Shown one piece after another: positions 39,113 to 51,419 of a stretch of 64,000 nucleotides of DNA. The DNA is from Saprolegnia diclina VS20 (taxonomy: Eukaryota). Both the position numbers and the translations under genes were made by a program. The notes below the pieces were generated by a model that made no database searches, was not told the DNA's origin, and saw nothing but the letters and a program-made list of their open reading frames with translations. How positions within the stretch are numbered: position 1 is the stretch's first letter; each line of letters begins with the position of its first letter. Where the stretch lies: the NCBI RefSeq assembly GCF_000281045.1, contig NW_008246102.1:240992-304991 (forward strand). Reading direction: 5' to 3'.

Positions 39113-39641
39113 GTTCGACTGCGCGGCGATGACAGACTGTCGTCGCACTTTAGTGGAGTCGCATTGTGTCTAATGTGGTTTCACCAAGAAGATAGTACTA
39201 CAGGGTGTCTGGCGAGGAGTGCTCAATGGATAGATAGGCTGCGCCCCAACGCGCAATCGGTCACACTCAAATGATGAAATCGCAGAAAAGTCAAACCGTT
39301 CCAGAACTTAATCGATCGCAAGTGCGCTTGATTGGTCGCTCATATGACGTAAGCTCCTCTTTTTGCATCGTCGAACGAGTACAAAACTGTCCTCTCAACG
39401 TGTGCGAATGCATTGTGGATGGTGCCTGGCGTCATCACCATCGACAATCGCATCGTAAAGCGACTCTACACGTACTAGTAGGTACTAGTATCCAATGTTG
39501 TCCTTCTAGGACCCTATCCCTGACAAAAGGCAATAATGACTACCGTAGTCATCAGCGATTGCTACGCCGTCATCACACACAAAAGCGGGTTTGCATCCGT
39601 CTTTGCCCCTCCGAGAAAGCTACTCTTCGACGACGCGGACG

Positions 39642-40527
39642 ATGCGCCGCACTTCCCTTATCTTACGACAGCTACAAGCCGCCCACCCCATCGCTACGAT
39701 GAACCACGCGACGTTGCTTTTTCCCAACCAGACGACTCTGCACTACACACGCTGGGGTGGACCGACGGCGTCGACGACGTTCGTACTCGTCCACGGCGCA
39801 CCGGGCTGAGCGCCTCGCGCCGCTTCTCGTAAACGACCACACGAACGTTGTGGCATTCGACCTGCCGGGTCACGGCCGCACGAGCGCAGACGTCGTCGGC
39901 GGCTACTACTACATTGACGCCGCGGTCATCACGGACGTCGTTGCGACGGCACTAACGCTGCTGCCGCCCGCGCGATTTCTTCTCGCGGGACACTCGATGG
40001 GCGCCCACAACGCACTGCACGTCGCTGCGCGAAGCGATGCTGTTGCAGGTCTCGCCCTCTTGAACCCGATGGTCTGCGTCCAAAGCCGCAACCAGCCGAC
40101 GTTCGAGTACTGGTTTGGCGTCGTCATGCGCCGCTGTGGTAGCAGTCCCAACTTCATGACGCGATGGAACCGCTCGATTTACTTTAATAAGATGCGGTTC
40201 TCGCCCTCGATTCCTGAAATGGAGTTTGTCGCCGCCTTGTACCGAATGACGACGGCCGACTACGCCCGCGTCGCCGCCGACGCCGACACGCTACGTCGTC
40301 AGAAATTCCCCGTCCTCGTGGCGCTGACGGCCGACGACAAGGTCATTGAAGTTGAGATCGGCCACGAGCTCGCAGCGGCGCTCGGCGCGACGCACGTCAC
40401 AACCTTCGAAAAGGGCGGCCACAACATCGTCAAGACCCAAGTCGATGGCGTCGCTGCCGCTCTCAACGAGTGGGCTAGCACCGTTGCCGAGACACACTCG
40501 CCACAGTCAACCATTGTCGCCGCGTGA
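39642..40527 (+). pseudogene. Alpha/beta hydrolase with a frameshift near 39807
   Basis: VLVHGAPG is followed directly by TGA. Another frame resumes RLAPLL..VVAFDLPGHG..GHSMG..D..GGHN. Confidence 0.7.
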
Positions 40528-40942
40528 AGACATTCATCAACACTCGAGAGACGCATAACAATGTCGTATATAAATTTCGTGTTCACGAGCATGCTATCTT
40601 CGAGTCGTGAGCCATTTATGCTTGCTTGGCATCTCATCACATTTCTGTTCCCGTCGCGACGACTATGCGAGTGGCTGCTGTAGAATGAAGTCAACATTCA
40701 TGTGGCCCAGCTCAACGGAGCGGACAGCGCCCTGTGTTGCCGAGGTTGATTGGTGCTCAGTGGTCAAGTGATTGGTGTTTGTGCATTTTAGCATGTGTCG
40801 CTCATACGACGGCAAGTTCGAAGCGGGCGTCGACATCACGGGCAGCGCAGCCCTTGGCGCAATCCCAGCTGGTGCTATGACAGAGTGATGGTCTCTTAAA
40901 TTCCCATCACTCGACTTGGCACATTTTCAACCCTTCCTCGAA

Positions 40943-41386
40943 ATGACCCAAGCGCTGCGCCTGCCCATGACCTATTTCCGCTCGCCTCGCCTGGCGGTGC
41001 ACCGGTACGCCCGCGTCGACGCTGCGACGGACGCCTCGGTGCTTGCTGGCGTCGCACCGCTTTTGGTGACCGCACCGCTGACGTCGCTCGCCGTCACGGG
41101 AGACGAAATCTCGGTCGTGTTGCCGGCCACGGTGCCGCTGCCGACGGCGCCCAGTGCGACCGAAGACGGCTGGGTCGCCTTCAAGGTCGAAGGGCCGCTC
41201 GACTTTGGCCTTACGGGCATTCTGTCGGCGCTTACGGCGCCCTTGGCGTCCGTCGGCATCCCCGTCTTTGCGATCTCAACCTACGATACCGATTACATTC
41301 TTGTCAAGCACGACAAGGCCGACGCAGCCATCGACACGTGGACGACGACCGAAGTTGGCGTCATTCGGCACGCGCCCGAGGCTTGA
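40943..41386 (+). CDS. Small ACT-domain protein (COG3603 / CASTOR-GATS-like); intronless
   Basis: TGDEISVV and GWVAFKVEGPLDFGLTGILSALTAPLASVGIPVFAISTYDTDYILVK. Confidence 0.9.
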   Translation: MTQALRLPMTYFRSPRLAVHRYARVDAATDASVLAGVAPLLVTAPLTSLAVTGDEISVVLPATVPLPTAPSATEDGWVAFKVEGPLDFGLTGILSALTAPLASVGIPVFAISTYDTDYILVKHDKADAAIDTWTTTEVGVIRHAPEA

Positions 41387-41512
41387 TTCTTAATGGGTTA
41401 AGAATGGCTCGTTCGATTACTTGCCTTGGCTCTGTGTCTTATTGTCCGCGATTACTTGCGCAACGATTCCATCCCTCGGGAATAACGTCGACGTGTAACG
41501 GTGTTTGGAGGG

Positions 41513-43724
41513 ATGGGTGCGCCTGCCGCCGGCCCCGAGACGACCTCTACGTACACGGAAGCGTTGTCGATCGTGTTTTGCTGACGATGCACTAGGCATG
41601 TGGTATGGCAGCGGGGTAAGCTCATCGGCCATGGACGCTTCGGCAAGGTCTACGTTGGCATCCTCCTTGCCAGGTATTGCTCGATGGTCAGGGAAACCCG
41701 CGAAATGCTCCTTCTTGCACAGTGCGACGATGGTAGCTGTCAAGCAGCTGCGGATCCAAGGCCACGACTATGAAGACGACGAGGTTGATACGGCTGCCAC
41801 CCACGGCGCCGAAGTCCCACTCGCCAAGATCGAGCAAGAAGTGGCTGTCGGACAGGCCTTGCGTCACCCTCATATCGTCCAGTACTACGGCGCCCGTATG
41901 ATTCGATTTTGCTATCACCAAGTTAGCGATATATATTAGAGCGCGAAGGGAGACTCTACAGTCTCTTTATGGAGTATCTTCCGATGGGGTCCGTGCGCAG
42001 GTAACTGCGAAGCAAGATTCTGGCGCCAAGTCTTTGTAGTTTGCTCCAGACGTTTGGGCCGCTCGACGAGTCGATTGTGTGCGTCTACACCTCGCAGCTG
42101 CTTCGCGGTCTGCAGTATTTGCACGCCATTGGCCTCGCGCACCGAGATATCAAGTGTGCGAATCTTCTACTCTCGGACAGCGGCTGCCTCAAGATTGCCG
42201 ACTTTGGCACGGCGAAAGCGGCGGAGCTTGACCCCAAGGACGACGACGTTGACGACGAGCTCTTTGCTACTGTGGGGTACGGCTCCGACACGATGTTGAT
42301 GTCTCACTACGCTGCAGGTCGGTGCGCGACGGCATTGGGTCCCCCTTTTGGATGTCGCCCGAGATCATTCGAGCCGAACTGGGCGCCGACGCCTGGACAA
42401 AGTCTGATGTCTGGAGTGTCGGGTGCTGCGTCGTAGAAATGGTGACGGGCGAGCCGCCGTGGGTACGTCTCCAACACTTGCACGAGGCGTCACGCAAGCT
42501 CACTAGAATACGTTTTCAAATCCGCTCACCGCCATGTTTCACATTGCGTCCGAGACGTCGCCAGTGCTTCCGTGCCACTTGTCGCCAGTGGCCCACGATT
42601 TCGTCACGGCATGCCTCGTCAAGGACCCAGCGCAACGACCGACAGCGTCCACGCTGCTCCAGCACGCCTTGTTCCACCCACTTCCGCGGTCGTCGAGCCA
42701 CTATGGCTGGTTTCACAAAGAGACACCCGTGGAGCCGGATGAGCCGGGCACCTGGTATCTCTACTACGACTGGACAACCAATGCGTACGAGTACGCCTAC
42801 TACATCGTTGACGACGGCGGCTACTGGGTGTACCGAGTGCACGGTGCGTGGGACTGGTTATTGTTTCCGCTGCCGAGTGTTGTGGAGATTGCACTTTGGT
42901 GGCTCGCGGCCTTTCGTTTTGGGCAACCCGACGAGCTACACTGGGCCGACGCTGACCCCGATGCGTCCGTGTACACCGTCTCGAGTCCCGTACCGTATGC
43001 GTCCATGTCCGAGCTTGCAACCGACGAGCCACTCGTGCCAACTGCGACCACTCCAACATTCGAGCCGGCTTCCGATGAGACACCAGTCACCAACGCCGCT
43101 CCATCCTATGTTCGCGTCCTGGCTGATTATGCAACGACGACCGAAGGGGAACTCGCGCTGGCCGAGCACGAACTGATCATTGTCGAAGCCATGGACGACA
43201 ACGGCTGGTGGCTCGGGCACAAGGCGGACGACCTGAGCACAGCCGGCTGGTTCCCGTGCACGTACGTCGAGTGGATGTCGGTGCCGTGCCTCGGCGTCGC
43301 TCGGGTGGTTGTCGAAGCTACTCCACGCCAAGATGCCGCGATATCGCTGGGATTGCATGATCTCGTGGTCGTTGCAGAAATCGGCGACGACTGGTTACGG
43401 GGACGCTCCGTCGATGGCTATGACACGGGGTGGGTCTTGGCATCGACTGTCGAGTGGTTGCCTCGGGTGGTTTGCCAATGGGCGTACGCATCCAGCCACG
43501 AAGCCGAACTGAGTTTGACGCCCGGAGACGTTGTCTATGTCCTTGGCGGCGACGACCAAAACGTTTGGTGGGAGGGCTTCAACCCGACCTTGAACGCCCG
43601 CGGGTGGTTTCCAACGACCCACGTCCAGACAGACACGACGGGCGGCGAGGAAGACGAGGATGTCGATGACGATGATGCGAACGCTATTCTTGTCGTGGAT
43701 CAGGACCTCGTATCATTGTCATGA
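41513..43724 (+). CDS. STE11/MAP3K-like kinase with three C-terminal SH3 domains; multi-exon
   Basis: [54 protein letters not shown]3 motifs ADY..EGEL..GWW..GWFP.TYV, DWLRG..GWV and WAY..AELSL..WWEG..GWFP. Confidence 0.9.
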
Positions 43725-43750
43725 ACAAATATCTATGAGCTAAACACTAT

Positions 43751-44937
43751 CTACATTGTGTAAATGTCGTCGTTGGTCGGCATCGACAACGCGAGAGCGG
43801 GTTCCCACGCACGGTTGATGCCTTCTGCCTGCGCAAGGACACACAGCTGCGTGATTGTCTCCCGAGAGTTTTTCGCTCTGTGAACGCGGCCGTCCGGAAG
43901 GTAGTCGACGACGTGCACGAGCTTGTGGCTGGCGGAAATTTGGAGCATCGAGAGCATCACTACAGACGTGTCAGCTGAGGTAGTCACACACCGTTTACCT
44001 TGGCGAGCCATCCACGCGTCCGTCGCTGCGTACTGGATCTGCGCCAACGAGAGCTCTGAGCACTCCCAGTCTGATGTCTGCATCGCTTTGTCGATGCGGA
44101 GGCTTTGCCAGATGAGTCCCAAGGCGGCAAGGTTGGGCTTCAGACACCCAATGCCGGACGCAACGGGTAGCGTATCGAGCGTCGACCGAATCACAGGCGC
44201 GATACCGTCCTTTTGGATGCCCTGGAAGTCCGACTTGCAGCCGTGGCCGATCTTGACAATGTTCGCGTCTGCGAGCAGCGCCTGGAGCGCAGGAAACGTT
44301 GGCTGGATAACCGTGAGGCCGTCTATTCGGATGTCTTCGCACTTTGCACTTTGAGCAAGGACGCTTGCATACCTTGCGCGGAGGTGTATCGAATGCGGTA
44401 CAGCAGCGAGAGGTCGTGGCTGGCGACTTGCACCATGGCTACGGGCGGGTCGTACCGGCCAAACATTTGGGGTCGCGACTCGCAGTCGATACCGACGACG
44501 CGCATGGACGCAAGCGCGGCAGCGAACGGTGCTTCGTCGTCGGGCGTCGCGATGATGTGAATGGGTCCCGGAAACAACCCCGAGGCGACAGAGACGTAGT
44601 CCAAGAGCGATCGGCCGCCAAAGGTTTTGCCAGCGACACTGCCACTGCGGAAGAGCGGCTGCTGCAAGTAGTCGAGCGATTGCTTGCGCGCGTTCTTCTT
44701 CTCCATGGCTGCGGCCCATCGGCGCTGCCGGCCTTCGTCGCGCGATGGCTCGCCACGTATCCGGCGCGCTTCGTCGTCGAGGACTCGGTCGATTGCCTTG
44801 AGACTCATCGCACTGCCCATGCTAAAAGCGTCGCTGTCTTCTCCATAGGACGGGCGCCCTGCACGCTTGGCGCCTCGGCGGCTGGAGAAGGTCCGAGTAA
44901 GCCCGAGCACACTGCGGCGCGCCAGCATCGTTGCCAT
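43751..44937 (-). CDS. DEDDy 3'-5' exonuclease (WRN-exo/EXD2-like), probably mitochondrial; multi-exon
   Basis: ExoI VGIDCESRP, ExoII KIGHGCKSD and ExoIII QIQYAATDAW. The N-terminus MATMLARRSVLGLTRTFSSRR resembles a transit peptide. Confidence 0.88.
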
Positions 44938-44961
44938 CGATTTCGCGAGATGTTCATGGCC

Positions 44962-45200
44962 CCAATCAAAACCCAGGACCCGTCCTCTATAGCCAATCAA
45001 ATGGGACTTGTGGAAATATTTCAGCCAATCCAGGAACGATTGAATCTAACAATTCCCTCTTTACGAAGGGCAGCATCGTTTTCCAAGAGAGTAGAGCGAC
45101 GTTGGATTGGTGAAAATGTGTGTTTCATAGCCAATCGTCGTGCGCCAGAGTTAAGATGCTAGCCAATCCTCATCGAGCGGGGCGTAATCGTTTGCCCAAT
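44962..45200. promoter_or_regulatory. Bidirectional promoter containing seven CCAAT boxes
   Basis: CCAAT at 44962, 44993, 45025, 45131, 45163 and 45196, plus ATTGG at 45106, between divergent ATGs at 44937 and 45235. Confidence 0.7.
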
Positions 45201-45234
45201 GGCATCAAGCACAGCGGTTTCGACCTGACCTGGC

Positions 45235-48200
45235 ATGGCCGTGACCCAGGAGGTCCGCAGCGAAGAAGCTCAGCTCCAGGCGCTGCAGAAACTGGATGAG
45301 GAGTGCGTCCAGCTACAGGTTCAGGTACGAAGGCCCACTGCCGCTGACCGTAGTATCATCCACCGCTGCACCGAGTAGGGCAACTACGTGGCAGCGCTCG
45401 AGTGCATGGAACGAGCCCTCGTGCTGCGCCGCCACTTTTTTGGTCTTGCTAGCCCCGAGGTAGCGAGGTATTTGGTCGCGCTATGTCATATGGTTATCAG
45501 GTGCGCCATGCGTGCAAGGCTGTCTCGGAGCTTTGCAATTTGCTCTCGATGACGTTTCTGCAGCAAGGTAACAGCTTATTTATCGCAAGAATCCCGAATG
45601 CTGGATAGAAAACTACGCCGTGACCATCGAGCTGCTCAAAAAGGCCGAAATTCTCACCGAACATCTTCCCGAAGAGCGTGCCACAACGCTCAACAACATG
45701 GCGTGCTACTACCGCCGGTACTCTTTCTTCCTCGCCGACAAATCACTCAAAGAGTCCAGGATTGGCAAGCTCCATGGCGCTCTCAGCTGCCTCAAGCGGG
45801 CGCTCGAGATTGAGCTGCGCATCCAAAAGGTGAGTGCGACGGCGGACACGCATTTGAACCTGTGCGCCGTCTACTCGACCATGGGCAAGCACCCGTCGGC
45901 GCTCGAGCACGCCCAAGCAGCGCTCATTGTGCTGCACGAAGAGCTCTTTAGCCAAGGTCCGCGATGAAAAGAGAGTGCAAAACTCACGCGCGCGGTAGGG
46001 AAAGACTTGCAGCACTTTGACCACCGGCGCGACCGCGTCTCGGTGCTGTGCATTGCGTACCACAACATTGGCGTCGAGTACGAGTACCTCAAGCAGTTTT
46101 CCCAGTCGGTTGCGTCCTATCAAAAGGCATGTCAACTGCGGTGCTTGATGTTTTTAGAATATCTTACGCATTGTCGTCGTACTAACCACGGAAGCGTAGG
46201 GAGTCGGTATTGCCGAACAGTACCTCGGACCCGCCAACGGAGTCACAATTACACTCACCAACTCGTACACTTCGGGTAAACACAATCACGTACCGATAGT
46301 AAATTAATTACGAGGATGGTAGCTCGACGCACGCTGCAGACTAAAGCCAAGCGCGAAGCCAAAGGCAGCCCGACCAAAAAGCATCCAAGCCCAGCCAAGT
46401 CGGCCGCTCGCGTCATCGGCGGCAGCTTCGATTTTGATGTGCTTGTATGTTTTTCTCGTGTGATGAATGAAAGGTGCAAGCCCCTTCTAGGGCGGAGAAG
46501 GAACTAGTCGGCCCGGCGACCGAAGTCCGTCACGGAAGGAGCTGCCGCCGCTCGCAAGCATAGCCAAGGTCAACGAGGCAGCTGCAGCCACCGTCGCAGC
46601 CCCGGCGGCCCCAGCCTTCCTACCACTGACACCCCACAGCGCCTTTTTTAGCCCCCGGTCAGTATCACCGGTCAAGCCACTGAGCCCGCTACCGGACGCG
46701 ACGCTTACTGTGCTTGACGACGCACCATCTCCGACGCGTCGCAAGATTCTCGAGCCGCTACCAACGCGGACATCTTCGGCAGACGGCGTGCGGCCAATGT
46801 CCCCGCAAACGACACTCGACAAGCAACGGCCATTGTCAAGAGCCGATGATAATGGGCTCAGTAGCTGCGCTATGACGCCAGAGGGCTTAGTTTTGTCTGT
46901 GCGAGAGAACGAGTCGTCCCCCAAAAGTGCAGCATCGACTCGGGATCGGTCCAAGTCGTCTCGAAGGGAAGAAACGCCAAGCAAGTCGCGACGCTCTTCC
47001 AAAGATGGAACAAGCTCGGGACGCAAAACACCGCAGTCGCCGTCCAAAGAATTGCAGTCGTCAACCAAGAGCGCATCGGCTCCGACCGCTTCAAGCCACG
47101 AGCAAAGTCTACTAGCGGACGACCATTCGAGTCTGGAGGGCAGCGCTACATCGGCAAGGCCAACGACGGTCTCCGAGGCGAGCGCGTCAGTGGCACCTCG
47201 CGATGCTGCGGAACTATCCATGGCGATGGCGGACGAAGCTCGATCTCCGCCAGGTGACGTGGCATTTGCGCTAGCCAACGACGCTGCAGTACCGTTGACT
47301 TCGCCGATAATCGAGTCGACACCCTTATGCGCTGCACCAACCAGCGAATCGGCTGCAGAGTCATTGGCACCCGAGGTGTGGGTCGTTGCCGAAACGACAA
47401 GTTTGACGTCATCGGACAGCAACGGACAGATGACAGCAGACGAGAGCTCTTCGGGAATGGGCCAGTCATGGACCACGCAAGCGCTGCCTGATGGAAACGG
47501 CGAGGCCCTCGTGCAATCAGTTGAGTCAGAAACGTTGGTGGCCAAGACGGTACTGCCTTCTACACCGAAGGCTTTGGCCGACGTCGTCGAGAGTGTTGAC
47601 GCACCACTGCTGCCACCAGCTCTTGTCAAAGCTGCCTCGGTTGTTGAGTCGGGACCAACCTCAGAAGCTGCGTCAAGTGTGAAGTCTTCAACCGTTATCG
47701 AGGGTGAGCGACCAAGTGCTCTTACCGCAACTGCTGACGATCAAGCGTCAACAGTGCGATCCAAAGACACCCTTCGCACGTCGCCGCGCCCAGCGACAGT
47801 AGCAGAATTGAAAGAGAGGCAGGTCACGGAAGTCCGGTCATCGTCGGCACCGGCGTCGTTGACCACAAACATGGAAATCCAACCAACGGCCGCTCCGAGT
47901 CCTCCACTCGCGTCGTCGGACGCACCAGAGCGCGATGTGTCTACTCCCACGTCACCAACACCCAGCAATGCGCCATCCGAGCTTCCTGCACTGCCACTCT
48001 CAGGGGCACTTGCGGAAGGTAGGACGCCCAGTACGTCAGCAACACCGATACATGAGTCGCCGTTGATCACAACACCCGTCGAGCGCCCATCTCGCTGGCT
48101 CGAAAACGCACGGCGGGCGTCCGACGTATGCTTGAACAGTGTCGCGCTGAAACTTACAATGACGAGTGTCCCTCCGTACTCAGAGGACGCCGAGGCAGCA

Positions 48201-49874
48201 CCCACAACAACAACGCCAACGAGCTTTGATATGTCGGTCCTCGCGGTCGAGAATCCCGAGAGCTCGCCGTCGATGCAAGAAGCGCCAGTGCCGACTCTCA
48301 ACGAGGCACCAACGCCTATCGAGACCGCCCTCACAGAATCGATGGCAACACCAAACATTGCGCTCGTGGCGCTGGATGGTTCGCTCGACATGAAGCCCGT
48401 TTCCGCGCACGACACTGACGCTCCATCGAGAGCAGCGTCGATCGGTGCTGACGCACACTGCATTGAGAAGCAAGAGTCGAGCGGCGTTGATGGCTTGTCC
48501 AGCTCAGTTGAGACGTCCGTGTACGCGGAAGCAAACTCCACTGTTGTCGCAGAGACGCTGCCAGACATTGATCGGGGTTCGACGCCTTTGTCAGGCCGTA
48601 CGCCGGTGCTCACCGCTGTTGACTTGCCGCTTGTCGTGGCAGAGCCCGAATTTGCGCCCGTTGAGCCCGCAAGTCCATTTGACGCAAGACCGGACGTGGT
48701 GACGTTACCAGTGACATCGTCTATCGAAGACATCGCGAGTCCCTCGCACAGCGATCCGGTCGCTAGCAGCACTAGCTACGACGTAACCTTGGTCGCGCAA
48801 GAATATCCCCCGGGCGACGAGCCAACGCAGCCAGCGCTTGTGCCTCTCGATTTCGATGACGCGGAAACTGTGAAGCGTGAACGTAAACCACACGAAGCAA
48901 ATGACCAAGGTGGCGCCAAAGTTCTCGATGGCGGCTTAATCGCAGCAGACGCCCCGATTGCTGAGCCTACCAATGACGAAGAGGTACTTTGTACCGGAGC
49001 GATGGATGGTGCGTTGTTGCCGGAAATTCCGACGGATGACGCGTCGCCAGCTGTGGTCGACGCAACGCCACCAGCGCTCACTAATGTGGCGAACGAGCCC
49101 GAGTGTACGAATGCAAGCGTCGACGATCGTATCGAGCCATACAGCGAGCAGCCCAGTGCTCAAGAGCCAGAGCCAGCAGAAGCAACAACAGAAGCGGCGT
49201 CTCTACCTCAAGATGCCATTCAGGAGACTGTTTCTGTGGCCTCGCTGGCCGGACGTCCCAACACGGACGGCGGTGCTCTCTTGTCATCAACTGCAGCGCC
49301 AAAAGAGGTCATCAGGCCCGCCACCACGTCACTAACAACTCCCGCGCTGCAGTCCGAAGAGCCGAACACGGGTGCGCCGTGGGCAGCAACCGAGTCCGAG
49401 TACGACGCAGCCTCGTGGGAAGCTCACTGGGCGGCTACAGCAGCTGACGACGGGCAATGCGCTGCGTTTACAGGGGCATCGTTGCTCGAAGAACCAGCTC
49501 GGCAGCCGTGGGCAGAAGGGTATGAACAGCCGTACGGACCAGAGTACACGCAAGAAGCACTACATTGGAGCAACACAAGTGACATTGGAGCCGGCGTTGG
49601 CGACTACAGTCAAAGCCCTGAACCAGCAATGACGGCAGCAAGCGAATCGGCCGGCACGATTGAGCTCACACCCACGCATGACCACGCTACCACGTCAACA
49701 TTGATGGCGCACGACGCTGTCGATGATGGCACGACCAAGCATGCAAGCCATGAGACGCCACTGGGAACTGGCCAAGAATCGTTGACGACGGCCCAGACCC
49801 AGGGAGCGCCGTTGAACCAAGTCAAAGTTTCTTCTGAGACGCTAGTCGTCGCGGCCGACTCGTTCATGCTGTAA
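45235..49874 (+). CDS. TPR-repeat protein with a >1000-aa Ser/Pro/acidic low-complexity C-terminus; multi-exon
   Basis: TPR-like helices (GNYVAALECMERAL, ATTLNNMACYYRR, ADTHLNLCAVYS, IAYHNIGVEYE) in small exons, then a long terminal ORF ending at 49874. Joining these into a single gene is inferred. Confidence 0.7.
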
Positions 49875-49934
49875 AATACACACATCGATTGGTCGGATTA
49901 CGGGCGTCTATGAAATGAACCTTTGCAGGCAGCG

Positions 49935-50968
49935 CTAGGCTTGCTTGGCCTTGGTCACGTATGGGTACTTGCTGTAGATGACCATACTCGATACAACGAG
50001 CGCCGTCGCAATGCCCATGCGCAGCGAAAGCACCGGGGCGTCCGTGTCAAGCAGCGCCTCGGCGACCGCCGTGAGGAGGATACCGCCGATGAGTGCGTAC
50101 GACTTCATGATCCCGCCCGCCAGCTGCGTCACCTGCTCCACGATATTAGAATGGACTCATTTCGCCAGGTTGAGATGTACCGTGCCGACGAGCAGCCCGC
50201 CAAGCGCGTTGGTAAACACGGGGATGAGCGTCCATGACGTCCAGCCGCCGAAGTCCAAGGTGGCGCCGGGAGCGGCGGCAAGGTTGGCGAGCAGGAAGAC
50301 AGCGCCGAAGACACAGAGCTCAATCGTCACCAGCGACGCATCGCGACCATGCGTTTGCAGCGAAAGCTGCGTGAGCGCAGCACCGACGCCCGACAAGACG
50401 GAGGCGCCGACGACAGGGACGTAGCCGTAGTAGAAGCGCGTGGATGAAATCGTTATGGCCTCGACGTTAGCATCGCTGGCAGCAGAAGGCGCCGATAGGA
50501 GGACGGACGCCAGCAGCAGCATGCCCATGGCACCTACCAGTCAATGCCACGTCAGCTCCAACGGCCATTGCAGAGATTGATTGCACCGCATTGCTGGAGG
50601 GAGAAGGGCTTGTGGAGAAAGAGATAGACGAAAAGCGCCGTCCAGAGCAGCTTGGTCTGGTTGATCAAGTTGAACTCGAGTGGCGAGAGGTGTTGCATCG
50701 CGAGCTGGATAAGCACGTTCTGAATCGCGTACGTCACAGCGGGTAGCCCCGAGAGGCGAAGGCTGTCACGCAGTGTCCAGTGGCGCACGAGGTCTGGCGT
50801 CGTCCGGGCCTTGACCACAAGCGTGGTGGTGGCAAGTAGGAGCTTGGCGCCTTCTCCGACGACGACAAGCATCGTGCGGCTGGCGACTTGGCCAGCGAAA
50901 GCACGGTTCAGTAGCGGCTGCAGGCCAAACTGCAGTGCCAGAGCTGCCATGCACGCGGCCGCCTTCAT
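49935..50968 (-). CDS. Nucleotide-sugar transporter (SLC35A-like); 3 exons
   Basis: ALQFGLQPLL, GEGAKL, GLPAVTYAIQN, NLINQTKLLWTA, NALGGLLVG and AGGIMKSYALIGGI; multi-TM. Confidence 0.88.
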
Positions 50969-51419
50969 GGTGCAAATTCAGTTGACTAAAAACACGCCAT
51001 TTTCGATGGTCCTAGCGGGTTGTTGTTCGATCTCTCGGTCCAACGGTGCGTGTTTTCAGCGGCCCGTCTCGAACATTAGCGCGCCGACGGCCTGTCTGCG
51101 TGGGCCCGGCAACGAGTACTGTGCCGTGCTCAGATCGCGCCGAGTTCTCGCCCAACGTCGGATCGCTGCATCTCGTCTGCATCTCCGGAGTAGCCAGCGC
51201 GAACGTGGGGTGCGCAGCTGCTGAACCATCGCAGCTGCTTCAACCTGTCGCCTTCCATGCTTGCAGCTCATGCTTGCCAAGATCGAGTGATTGATCCGCT
51301 AGTCTACATGTTGGTCGCTTATAATGATCATCGTCTAATACTGCTAGTGCTACATCGTCGTCCTACCCTAATCGTCTCCTCTAACTGCTAATAAATCCTA
51401 CGCTACTATGGTATACTAT

